A stretch of 28,068 nt of DNA from Candidatus Nanohalobium sp. (lineage in GTDB: Archaea > Nanohalarchaeota > Nanosalinia > Nanosalinales > Nanosalinaceae). The notes beneath the pieces were generated by a model. It was not told the origin of the DNA. It was given only the letters and a program-made list of their open reading frames with translations, and did not search any database. Location of the stretch: the NCBI GenBank assembly GCA_042217555.1, contig JBDGSL010000058.1:1-28068 (forward strand), given 5' to 3'. The position numbers were made by a program, and so were the translations under genes. This document shows positions 16,691 to 25,702 of the stretch, one piece after another; the first letter of the stretch is position 1; every line of letters starts with the position of its first letter.

Positions 16691-17856
16691 AGCACTACGG
16701 AAACCGGTTGATGGAGAGATACTCGGAGATACTAACCGAGAACTCGGGAAGGATACTGCTGACACTTCTTGTAGTCTCCGGCATCCTCATGGCACAGGCA
16801 TCAAAAGTTGAAACAGTAGAGCAGCAGACAGAGGACTTCCTACCTGATTCAGAGCCTGTTATACGTTCGTTCAACATACTTGATGCCGAGTTCCCTTCCG
16901 CTGGTGGAACGACATACACTATACTGATAGAGACTGAGCCGGATAACGCTAACTCCTCGGAGTTACGTGATGTCCGTAGCCCCAAGTTCCTGAGATACGT
17001 GGAAACGGTTACCGATGAGATCAGAAGTTTTGACAAGGTAGCATCGGTTGACAGCCCTGCAGGTCTCTTCAACGACATCCCTTCATCCAAAAACGGTGTG
17101 ATACAGGCGATGAAGCGTATGGGAGAAGGCAGGTGGTCCGGAAGCATCTCCAGAGACTACCAGGCAGTAAGGATTCAGGCCACGAGCAGAGGTCTTTCAA
17201 AGCAAGAGCAAAACGAGCTTGCCGGGCTTATCGAGAAAGCGGTGGAAAGCCATCCGGAATCCGGCGACTACGATATAAGTTACAGCGGCCAGGTCTACAT
17301 AGACAGAGCGTTCCAGTCACAGGCACAGAACACGATGCAGACCACCAGCAGACTATCAATGGTCGGCGTCCTGATAGTGGTCATACTTGTATTCCGGTCG
17401 ATATACTACGGCTTCAACTCGCTGCTTACAGTCTTCTTCGGCATAGCAGTTGGATTTGGTCTCTACGGTATCTTGGGAATGAACATCACACCTCAGACAT
17501 CAGGAACCATCTCCCTGGGAATCGGTATAGCAGTAGACTTCGGAATCCAGCCGATAGCCCGCTACAGGGAGGAAAGAAAAAAAGAAAACATACAGGAAGC
17601 GCTGAAACAGACCCTGCAGGGAGTAGCAACACCAATGACGGTCGGCCTTGCAGCAGCAAACATCGGCTTCCTGGCCCTGGCCGTCGGAAAACTGACTTTT
17701 CTCAAAGACCTTGGCATCCTGCTGACACTTACCACAACAGTCGCATACATCTCGGCGTTCACAGTTCTACCAGCTTCAATCGTATTCTACGACAAACACT
17801 TGACACAGAAGACAACGGCTTTAAAACAGAAAATACATACTAAGGTGAAAACATGA
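16687..17856 (+). CDS. MMPL/RND (HAE3-like) transporter, half-size subunit 2
   Basis: Same topology with GIAVDFG and IGFLAL. ATGA overlap with the upstream gene, GAGGTG SD. Confidence 0.88.
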   Translation: MKHYGNRLMERYSEILTENSGRILLTLLVVSGILMAQASKVETVEQQTEDFLPDSEPVIRSFNILDAEFPSAGGTTYTILIETEPDNANSSELRDVRSPKFLRYVETVTDEIRSFDKVASVDSPAGLFNDIPSSKNGVIQAMKRMGEGRWSGSISRDYQAVRIQATSRGLSKQEQNELAGLIEKAVESHPESGDYDISYSGQVYIDRAFQSQAQNTMQTTSRLSMVGVLIVVILVFRSIYYGFNSLLTVFFGIAVGFGLYGILGMNITPQTSGTISLGIGIAVDFGIQPIARYREERKKENIQEALKQTLQGVATPMTVGLAAANIGFLALAVGKLTFLKDLGILLTLTTTVAYISAFTVLPASIVFYDKHLTQKTTALKQKIHTKVKT

Positions 17857-19085
17857 AACACAGAACACTTACAGCACTCACAGCACTCCTACTCTTAACA
17901 GGAACAACCGCAGCACAGACAAAAACAACACAGACAAAAACTACTTCCAGCGGCGCCAGCACCGGAATAGAAGCCTTACTGGTCAACACAGATCCCATAC
18001 CGTTACAGGCCGGAGAATCAGGAGACATCAACCTCAAACTCCGGAACACAGGGGATACAGAAGCAGAAAACGTCGAAGTCCGCCTGGCCGACTCCTTCCC
18101 TTTCAAAGTTCAACCGGACAGGCAGAGAAACTACAGTCTCGGCGACATGACACCAGGACAGGAATACCAGATATCGACAGACGTTCTGGTAGCGGAAGAC
18201 GCACCGGATGGAACCAGCAACTTCAAACTCAAGATAAGCTACGGAGACTTCTCATTCACAGAGAAAGTACCCGTAGAAGTTCAAAGTCAGGACATCGAAC
18301 TCAATCTGGCGAACATCCAGACACAGCCATCAACACTGATGCCTGACACAGAAGACAACCAGCTTACCGTGGAAACAGTGAACAACGGCGACAAGACAGC
18401 CGAAAACGTCGTCCTCAAACTCGAATTTCCTGAATACTTCGAGAAAACCTCCAGCTTCTCCACAAGAGAAGCACTCGGCAACTTGAAACCAGGACAGGTC
18501 AAGAAAGCAGAGTTCAAGTTCGACATCAACAGGACAGCACCGGAGGGAATGGCAGATATACCGGCAACACTTACCTACACCGAAGACGACTCCACAGCAG
18601 AGATAAAGAAACAGGAAAACTTCAACATCCATCTCAACGGGAAACCACAGTACAAAGTAACAAACATAGAGTCAGACCTGGTAACCGGCCAGAAAGGAAC
18701 ACTCCGTGTAACAGTCAAGAACACAGGAGAACAGAAATCAACTTCCACACGGATAAGAGTCCTCGACTCATCAGACCTTCCGTTCAGCTACGACTCATCA
18801 AGCCAGTTCATAGGAACACTCAAGCCAGGACAGTCCGGACAGGCCGTCTTCCAGATAACAACAGAACAAGACGCAGCAGTCAAAGACTATCTTCTGGACT
18901 TCGAAATTAGAGGGGTCAAAGACACGGAAGTATTCACAGACGACAAGACACTCAAACTCAACGTCAAGGCATCACAACAGCAAGAATCAGGGACACCAAC
19001 ACTGCCCATAGCAGCACTAATCATCATCGCAGCTATAACCATCTACTACTTCCGCAAAAGCAAAAACACAGAACAAGAAGGATAA
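17853..19085 (+). CDS. COG1361 S-layer-domain/CARDB-like secreted protein with C-terminal membrane anchor
   Basis: Signal peptide, three Ig-like repeats (N.G...A.NV; LG.L.PG), C-terminal TM plus basic tail. Commonly found beside archaeal MMPL genes. Confidence 0.85.
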   Translation: MKHRTLTALTALLLLTGTTAAQTKTTQTKTTSSGASTGIEALLVNTDPIPLQAGESGDINLKLRNTGDTEAENVEVRLADSFPFKVQPDRQRNYSLGDMTPGQEYQISTDVLVAEDAPDGTSNFKLKISYGDFSFTEKVPVEVQSQDIELNLANIQTQPSTLMPDTEDNQLTVETVNNGDKTAENVVLKLEFPEYFEKTSSFSTREALGNLKPGQVKKAEFKFDINRTAPEGMADIPATLTYTEDDSTAEIKKQENFNIHLNGKPQYKVTNIESDLVTGQKGTLRVTVKNTGEQKSTSTRIRVLDSSDLPFSYDSSSQFIGTLKPGQSGQAVFQITTEQDAAVKDYLLDFEIRGVKDTEVFTDDKTLKLNVKASQQQESGTPTLPIAALIIIAAITIYYFRKSKNTEQEG

Positions 19086-19097
19086 AGAACTGCTTCC

Positions 19098-19137
19098 ACA
19101 CCCTCCCTTCTCTCTATCCTCCCTCTCTTTTTTCTCG
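19098..19137 (+). terminator. Pyrimidine/T-rich putative archaeal terminator
   Basis: CCCTCCCTTCTCTCTATCCTCCCTCTCTTTTTTCTC just after the COG1361 stop. Confidence 0.4.
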
Positions 19138-19199
19138 CCGTTTCAAACCGGCATGCTTCTATGAAAAACTGAAAAGGTTTCGCCGCGACCTGAATACTT

Positions 19200-20384
19200 A
19201 TGGAACCGGAGAAAATCAGGGAAGACTTTCCCATCTTCCAGGAAAAAAAGGACTTAATCTACCTGGATAATGCCGCAACAACGCAGAAACCAGGCCATGT
19301 GATTGAAAGAGTAGAGAAGTTCTACAGAGAGGAGAACGCAAACATCGGAAGAGGACTCTACGATCTCAGCAACACCGCTACACAGAAATACGAGGACGCA
19401 CGGAGGACAGTAGCTGACTTCATCAATGCTTCAGCCGGTGAACTAGTATTTACAAGGAACACGACCGAAGCTGTCAACCTTGTAGCATCCTCACTTGAAC
19501 TCGACGGCAATATAGTGTTAAGTGAGATGGCTCATCACAGCGAACAACTACCGTGGAGAAGGAAAGCAGAAAGAGAAGGCCTAGAACTGGATTTTATACC
19601 GACGGAGGAAGGCAGACTGGATATTAAAGCAGCAGAACAGTTAATTGATCAAGACACAGCACTGATATCGATATCACATATCTCCAACATCTTCGGCAGA
19701 GAAAACCCTGTAAAAGAGATAGTGAAGCTGGCCGAAAAACATGATGCGTACGTCTTCCTGGACGGAGCACAGAGCGTTCCACGGAAACCCGTTGACGTGA
19801 AAAAACTGGGAATCGACTTCATGGCCTTCTCCGGCCACAAAATGCTTGGCCCAACAGGAATCGGAGCACTATACGGAAGAAGAAAGATGCTGGAAAAAAT
19901 GAAGCCCTACCAGTTAGGCGGAGGAATGGTCAAAACAGTAAGTAGAGAAGATGCACAGTGGAAGACACCACCACAGAAGTTCGAAGCCGGAACACAGAAC
20001 ATGGCAGGAGCAACAGGAATGGCGGAAGCAGTTCAATACCTGAAAGAAAAAGACATGGAAGAGATCTACAGCCATGAAAAACAACTCAACCACAGACTGA
20101 TACAGGGCCTGAAACAGATCAAAGGCGTAAAAGTATTCACCACAGGCAGAGACGTATCAGTAGTATCCTTCTCAATGGAAAAAGCACACCCACACGATAT
20201 CGCCGAAATCCTATCACAGGAAGAAAACACAGCAGTCAGAGCAGGAAAACACTGCGCCCACCCACAGATAAAACAACTCGGAATAAACGGAACAGTCAGA
20301 GCCTCACCATACCTCTACAACACCAAAAAAGACATACAAACACTTCTGAAAGGGGTTAGAAAGGTGAAAAACGTTTTCAGTTAA
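19200..20384 (+). CDS. sufS: Cysteine desulfurase (SufS type)
   Basis: YLDNAATTQKP, FTRNTTEA, DGAQS, SGHKMLGPTG (PLP Lys), FEAGT, RAGKHCAHP (catalytic Cys). Confidence 0.95.
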   Translation: MEPEKIREDFPIFQEKKDLIYLDNAATTQKPGHVIERVEKFYREENANIGRGLYDLSNTATQKYEDARRTVADFINASAGELVFTRNTTEAVNLVASSLELDGNIVLSEMAHHSEQLPWRRKAEREGLELDFIPTEEGRLDIKAAEQLIDQDTALISISHISNIFGRENPVKEIVKLAEKHDAYVFLDGAQSVPRKPVDVKKLGIDFMAFSGHKMLGPTGIGALYGRRKMLEKMKPYQLGGGMVKTVSREDAQWKTPPQKFEAGTQNMAGATGMAEAVQYLKEKDMEEIYSHEKQLNHRLIQGLKQIKGVKVFTTGRDVSVVSFSMEKAHPHDIAEILSQEENTAVRAGKHCAHPQIKQLGINGTVRASPYLYNTKKDIQTLLKGVRKVKNVFS

Positions 20385-20488
20385 ACCATGTAACACCTCC
20401 CAAAAAACTTGACAAAAACCCTAAAAACCACACAGCCAAAAACATCAAGAAAAGAAGTAACAGACCCTCTCCCGGTGAATAACAAAAA

Positions 20489-20845
20489 ATGTACAGAGAC
20501 GAAATACTAGACCTATACAAGAACCCGCGAAACGAAGGAAAACTGGAAACAAAATACCGGGCGGAAGGAGAAAACACAAGCTGCGGAGACCACACCGAAA
20601 TATCCCTAAAAATCGAAAACAACAAAGTAAAAAACATAAAACACGTGACAGACGGCTGCGCCATCTCAACCGCCGCAAACTCAGTCCTGACAGAAGAACT
20701 CAAAGGCATGAAAACCGAAAAAGTAAAACAACTGGACAAAAACTGGATAACCAACAAACTCGGCATAGAACTCTCCCCCATGCGACTCAAATGCGCCACC
20801 CTCGGCCTAAGAACAACACAGAAAGCACTGGAAAAAGATTCCTGA
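20489..20845 (+). CDS. sufU: SufU/IscU (NifU N-terminal) family scaffold/sulfur-transfer protein
   Basis: Y...ILD.YKNPRN, N.SCGD, GCAIS.A, RLKCA: three conserved Cys. Confidence 0.9.
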   Translation: MYRDEILDLYKNPRNEGKLETKYRAEGENTSCGDHTEISLKIENNKVKNIKHVTDGCAISTAANSVLTEELKGMKTEKVKQLDKNWITNKLGIELSPMRLKCATLGLRTTQKALEKDS

Positions 20846-20885
20846 ACCGGTTATTTCACCAATCGTTTTTTCCGGCAACCCTTGT

Positions 20886-20912
20886 CTTAAGAAGTTTTAG
20901 GCTTACCTAAAA
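20886..20912 (+). promoter_or_regulatory. sufC promoter: TATA-like CTTAAG followed by operator TTTTAGG-CTTA-CCTAAAA
   Basis: Perfect 7-bp inverted arms at 20895-20912, matching the sufB upstream palindrome. Confidence 0.75.
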
Positions 20913-20967
20913 TATTATGGTACGAGTTTCAAGAAGTTTTTCTGGTTTTTTGGGAGGTGGTTTTTGA

Positions 20968-21717
20968 GTGAGTTTGGATGTTGAAGGTTTGAAGGTTTCT
21001 GTTGAAGGTGAGGAGATCTTGTCCGGTGTTTCTCTTAAGGTGGGGCCGGGTGAGGTCCATGCGATCATGGGGCCGAACGGATCCGGCAAATCCACGCTGT
21101 GCAAAGCATTGCTGGGTAATCCGGAGTACGATATCAACGCAGGGAAGATCCTGGTTGATGGCGAGGACGTCACTGATGAGGAGACGGATGAACGGGCTCG
21201 TAAGGGTCTTTTCCTTGGTTTTCAGTATCCAGCGGAGATCTCGGGTATTTCTGTGGCGGAGTTCCTGAAGGAGGCGATTAACTCCCGTAGGGAGGAAGCT
21301 GGAGAGGATCCGATTTCTCAGAGTGATTTCCGTGAACTGCTTAAGGAGAAGCTTGACCTCCTGGATATGGAGGAAGACTATGCTAGGAGATACCTCAATG
21401 AAGGCTTTTCAGGCGGAGAGAAGAAGAGGAACGAGATCCTCCAGATGGCTGTACTCGACCCAAAGTATGCTGTCCTGGATGAGATCGACTCAGGTCTCGA
21501 TATCGACGCGCTGAAGACTGTCGCAAAGGGTATTAATACTCTGGCCGACGAAGATACGGGCATCCTGATGATAACGCATTACCAGCGTATTCTTGACCAC
21601 GTTGAACCGGATCATGTGCACGTAATGGTGGATGGTGAGATAGTAGAGAGTGGGGGCCCGGAGCTTGCTGAGAAACTTGAAGACGAGGGTTATGACTGGG
21701 CTAAGGAACAGGTCTAG
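20968..21717 (+). CDS. sufC: Fe-S cluster assembly ATPase SufC
   Basis: GPNGSGKST, FLGFQYP.EI.G, NEGFSGGEKKRNEILQ, LDEIDSGLDIDAL, ITHYQRIL. GGAGGTGG SD. Confidence 0.97.
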   Translation: MSLDVEGLKVSVEGEEILSGVSLKVGPGEVHAIMGPNGSGKSTLCKALLGNPEYDINAGKILVDGEDVTDEETDERARKGLFLGFQYPAEISGISVAEFLKEAINSRREEAGEDPISQSDFRELLKEKLDLLDMEEDYARRYLNEGFSGGEKKRNEILQMAVLDPKYAVLDEIDSGLDIDALKTVAKGINTLADEDTGILMITHYQRILDHVEPDHVHVMVDGEIVESGGPELAEKLEDEGYDWAKEQV

Positions 21718-22274
21718 ATGGTTTGAACGCCTTCACGGTCTTTGAAAAAGGCTAGTATGTCTTTCCATCTTGGCTCTTCCTTTTTGTCCAGTTTTCTTAT
21801 CTCTGCGTTAAGTTCAACTGTTTTCCCTTTTCCTATGGATTCTTTAACCTGTTTTTCGAGTTCTCTTACATCTTCTCTTTTGTATTTAATGTTTACTGTG
21901 AAGAAGTTTTCTATCCTGTCGTAAATTGTTGAATTAGTGTATAGCCGGCTTTCAAATGCTCTTATCTGTGCTATCTCTCTTGGCTGGTTGTCATACAGTG
22001 TTTCTTTTCCGTTGCAGGATACTGTCTGGCCCATTATGATTTCGCCGTTGCTGTATGATCCTGTTATGGCCCAATCTTCTGTGTTGTTCCAGTTTTCCGT
22101 ATCTGCTCCTTCTGTTATTACCCGGTTGGGTTGTCTGATGCCGAAGAAGTCCCGGGCTTCGGCGCTGTCAGTTATAAGTTCTTTTAAGGCAGGGGCGACG
22201 GAGCCGTGTACGTCGCCACGGTAAGTTTCGGGTGTGATATTCAGAATATATCTTCTGGTGTCTTCTGTCGCCAT
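21714..22274 (-). CDS. Hypothetical protein
   Basis: 186-aa ORF starting 10 nt after the helicase stop, with a GAGGT SD-like element. No motif recognised. Confidence 0.7.
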   Translation of the reverse strand: MATEDTRRYILNITPETYRGDVHGSVAPALKELITDSAEARDFFGIRQPNRVITEGADTENWNNTEDWAITGSYSNGEIIMGQTVSCNGKETLYDNQPREIAQIRAFESRLYTNSTIYDRIENFFTVNIKYKREDVRELEKQVKESIGKGKTVELNAEIRKLDKKEEPRWKDILAFFKDREGVQTI

Positions 22275-22284
22275 AGTTGCTACC

Positions 22285-25200
22285 TCATTGATCGAAGAAC
22301 TCTTCGATTTCCTGCCACGGTGCCTTCGACTTCTTTAGACTTGTGTCTGGTGGGAAGACTTTTCTGTAGTTACTCCAAGAATATCTCTTGTCCATGTATA
22401 CTATTACTCCTCTATCTTCTTTTGAACGTATGCAGCGTCCGGCTGCCTGTATCGCCCGGTTCATCGCAGGGTAGGAATAGCCGTAGTCCCATCCCTTGCC
22501 GAATCTCTCGTCCAGGAAGTCGATTAAGGCCTTGGTCTCGAGATCGGGCCTCTGAAGCGGAAGACCGATTATGAATGCTGCTTTCAGTACTTCTCCGGGA
22601 AAGTCTATTCCTTCTCCGAATGATCCGGCGGCTACACCGAGTAGAAGGCCATCTCCGTCCTCTGACCGGTTTTTGAACTGTTTCAGTGTGTCCTGTTTTT
22701 CTTCTTTTCCCATTCTACGGGTTTCGGTGTATATTTTTCTGTCAGTCTTGTTTTTCAGTTCTTTTCTTATCTCTTTGAGCATTTTGTAGCTGGGGAAGAA
22801 GGCTGCTGCGTTTCCAGGTACTGCTTCAAGTGATTTGGTGAGTATCCAGGCGTATTTCTGGGTCATGGAGCTGCCGCGTTCCTCGTACTTTGTCGTCAGG
22901 CTTGGTACTACCAGTTCTTCCTTGTTCTCCTGTGGGAACGGCGATCCGAACTCCTGTGTCTGTGTCAGGTTTTCATCTAGCCCGAGAAGATCAACGTACA
23001 TCTTTGGAGGTGTCAACGTCCCTGACATCAGTATGCTGCTGTGTGACTTGTTTAATGGTTTTTCGGTTGATATCTGTGGGTCGAGGCAGCTGTACTGTAC
23101 CTTGACTTCTTCCTTCTCTCTTTTTATGCTTCGAACGAATCCTTCGTCTTCACCTTTCCATTTCTCCATGGCTTCTTCCAGCTGCCGGCAGAAGGATTTT
23201 TCCTGTTCCTGCTCTACTTCATCGGCCACTGTCTCCATGTCCACTATCATCTCCTCGAAGCCGTGGAAGGAGTTGACAATATCTTTCAGATCCTGCTTGT
23301 CTATCTCCTTCTCAAAGCTGTCCTGGCCAAGTTTGTCTCGTGACATCCTGAACAGTTCGTCCCGGAACCTGTCCAGCCTCTCCTGCTCGCTGTAGTATCC
23401 GAACTTCTCAGTCTCTGTTTTGCATCTTTCCAGGAGGCCTGTGGAGATAGTCGCGGAGAAAAGAGACCTTGTCCTTGAAGGCAGGTTGTGGGCTTCGTCC
23501 ACTACTAAGATAGAGTCTTCCAGCTCTGTCTCAGCTTTTTCGAACACGATGTCTCTGACTCCGGGATGGAAGACGTGGAAGTAGTCTCCGATTATCAGGT
23601 CGGCCTCCTCCGTCATATGCAGTAGAACCTGGTATGGACAGACCTGGCTGCACTCCCTCTTTACCTGTTCAGCTGAAAGGTTCCTGTACTTCAGGCTGTC
23701 CAGTTTTTTACGGGCCTTCTCCGTCAACTGGTGGTTCTGCATCGTCTCCTCATGTCTTGGACAGCTCGGGCCTTCTCCTGCATGTGTAGAGGAATCAGCC
23801 TCACACAGATGGTCCTTACCGATCAAATCTACTGCTATCAGGTTCTCCCCATGTCTCTCGTTTATTTTTCTGACAGTCTCAAGAGCTATCTCATGCTGAG
23901 AGTTCCTGGGTGTCAGGAAAAATGCTTTCTTTCCCTCTCGGATTCTCTCCTCGAGTGCAGGTGTAAGTGCTGCCGCGGTATTATGGAGGATAAGGTTGTT
24001 TCCGGTAAAATTGTGTTTTCCTGGTACTGTAAGGTCGTAGACTTTTTCTTTTTCTCTTTCTTCTATTTTCTCGACTTTATCCCAGAATACGTCGGAGTCT
24101 AGTAGTTTCTGTAGTTTTCTGTAGTTTTCTTCATCTTCATCCCAGTTATATTTCTGGAAAAGTTCAAGCAGCCCTTCTTCGGAAGGTTTTCTTCTTCCAA
24201 GTTCGTAGCTTTCTAGTCTTCTCCTTAGTGTCTTTCTGCTGTAGGGGATGTCTGAGTTTTCTCTGGCAGATTTTATGACATCGGAGACTTCAGGAATAAC
24301 GTTTTTGTTTGGATTATATTCCTTTTCTCCTGCTTTTTTCAGCCTCTTCTGTTTTCTATCTAATCGGAAACCTATCCTTTCTCTGACTTTCTCCAGTTCT
24401 TTCTGGTTAGATATAAAGAGTCTGTAGTATGTCGATCCGTCTACCTGCTTTTCTTTCCTTGTAGGCCTTATACCAAACACTGAGAAAGCCATGAGGAGTT
24501 GGGTGGAAAGTTTTTTGCTTTTGGTGGTGAGTTCCAGTTTGCCCTGGAGGTCGACTGATCCATCGGTGTCAAGTAGGCCGGAGATAAACGCTGAGAGATT
24601 TTCCCTGGAGGTTAAAGCGCAGTCAGGTATTTTCATGTTATTTTTCACTCCTGAGGGAAGACCCATTTCCTGCAGCAGCCAGGCTAGGCTTTTGTTGCTG
24701 GATTTGTATCCATAGTCGTCTCCGTGTACTCTTCTTACTTGGGAATCAAAGTTCTTCATCATATCTCTGAAGAAATCCTTTAACTGGTCGTCCTGAGTGC
24801 TGAAACTTAATGTCTCACGTTTTCCCATGATACTTCCATCTCCGAGCATCATGCCGAGGAAGTAGCAGAAGTCCACGTCTATCTCAGGTATCTCTATTCG
24901 GTTGCCGTTATGGTAATGAACCCCAGTTATCTCGAAATCACGTCTTGGTCTTCCAGTTTTCTCCAGAAGTTTGAGAAGGTGTTGTGCTTTCACAGGATTA
25001 CCCTTCCGAATCCTAGTGAAATTTTTCCTAGGAATGTCTGTTTTATCTTGAAGGGCTCTGTCTTCTTCATCAAAGTACTCCATAAATTTCTCCGTGTCAG
25101 TGAATTTCACTCTCAAACCTTCCGGAACTTCATCGTAATCAAGGTCTTCTAGAGTCAGCGAAAAACTAACATCAGGCAGTTCAATCTCTTGAGGTGAAGC

Positions 25201-25605
25201 GATAAAATCTCCTTCCTCAAGTTCCTGGCTCTGGATCCATTCAACTTCTCCGTTCTTCAAACGTAGGATCTTGTGATCTCTAGTTGCCTTGATTTCTCTA
25301 CCGGTTCCTGTGTTGATCTCCAGTAAATCAGATTCCTTCTTTTCTATCAACCTGCTTTCGGCTATTTCGTGATTAAGATCTTCGTCAAATGAGTTGCAAT
25401 TAATTTCCTTGTTTTCATCGAAGTCTTCGATTCTTCGGAATCCTTTATCCGTCAATACTACTGTATCTCCTGAAACGCATTTTCCCAGGCCGGTGGGTGC
25501 GTGTGTTACAAGGTTCTCACTGTTTTCTATTACCTCCTCTGCTTTTTTCAGCATCTCTTCCTGTTTTTCCCGTTTCTCTGTGAATGGGAAGAGGTCGATG
25601 TCCAT
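22285..25605 (-). CDS. XPD/Rad3/DinG-family ATP-dependent DNA helicase containing an intein (606-aa extein)
   Basis: Q motif, APTGLGK|T, four Cys in the Fe-S region (LC..SC..EC..CPY), VDEAHNL, SGTL, FFPSY, EGIDF, QAAGRCIR. Confidence 0.95.
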   Translation of the reverse strand: MDIDLFPFTEKREKQEEMLKKAEEVIENSENLVTHAPTGLGKCVSGDTVVLTDKGFRRIEDFDENKEINCNSFDEDLNHEIAESRLIEKKESDLLEINTGTGREIKATRDHKILRLKNGEVEWIQSQELEEGDFIASPQEIELPDVSFSLTLEDLDYDEVPEGLRVKFTDTEKFMEYFDEEDRALQDKTDIPRKNFTRIRKGNPVKAQHLLKLLEKTGRPRRDFEITGVHYHNGNRIEIPEIDVDFCYFLGMMLGDGSIMGKRETLSFSTQDDQLKDFFRDMMKNFDSQVRRVHGDDYGYKSSNKSLAWLLQEMGLPSGVKNNMKIPDCALTSRENLSAFISGLLDTDGSVDLQGKLELTTKSKKLSTQLLMAFSVFGIRPTRKEKQVDGSTYYRLFISNQKELEKVRERIGFRLDRKQKRLKKAGEKEYNPNKNVIPEVSDVIKSARENSDIPYSRKTLRRRLESYELGRRKPSEEGLLELFQKYNWDEDEENYRKLQKLLDSDVFWDKVEKIEEREKEKVYDLTVPGKHNFTGNNLILHNTAAALTPALEERIREGKKAFFLTPRNSQHEIALETVRKINERHGENLIAVDLIGKDHLCEADSSTHAGEGPSCPRHEETMQNHQLTEKARKKLDSLKYRNLSAEQVKRECSQVCPYQVLLHMTEEADLIIGDYFHVFHPGVRDIVFEKAETELEDSILVVDEAHNLPSRTRSLFSATISTGLLERCKTETEKFGYYSEQERLDRFRDELFRMSRDKLGQDSFEKEIDKQDLKDIVNSFHGFEEMIVDMETVADEVEQEQEKSFCRQLEEAMEKWKGEDEGFVRSIKREKEEVKVQYSCLDPQISTEKPLNKSHSSILMSGTLTPPKMYVDLLGLDENLTQTQEFGSPFPQENKEELVVPSLTTKYEERGSSMTQKYAWILTKSLEAVPGNAAAFFPSYKMLKEIRKELKNKTDRKIYTETRRMGKEEKQDTLKQFKNRSEDGDGLLLGVAAGSFGEGIDFPGEVLKAAFIIGLPLQRPDLETKALIDFLDERFGKGWDYGYSYPAMNRAIQAAGRCIRSKEDRGVIVYMDKRYSWSNYRKVFPPDTSLKKSKAPWQEIEEFFDQ
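23980..25479 (-). mobile_element. Intein with LAGLIDADG endonuclease (500 aa) in the helicase Walker A motif
   Basis: GLGK|CVSGDT ... LILHN|TAAAL. Block B ATRDHK. Motifs FLGMMLGDG and FISGLLDTDG. Confidence 0.96.
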
Positions 25606-25702
25606 GGAAGTAGGTGAGAAATGAAGTAATAAAAGCCGGTCTGTAGCCAGGAAGAAGGAAAGGAGAGAGGAAAACTGAAAAAGTTTGCTGTTTTATTTAT
25701 GT

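Noticed and set aside
17133..17843. 236-aa alternative-frame ORF inside the second MMPL gene
   Set aside because: It fully overlaps a well-supported gene and has an Arg/Ser/Pro-rich off-frame composition.
14941..20852. AACCGG motifs shortly after several gene ends (near 14942, 19146, 20845)
   Set aside because: The hexamer is also frequent inside coding sequence, so enrichment cannot be shown without counting.
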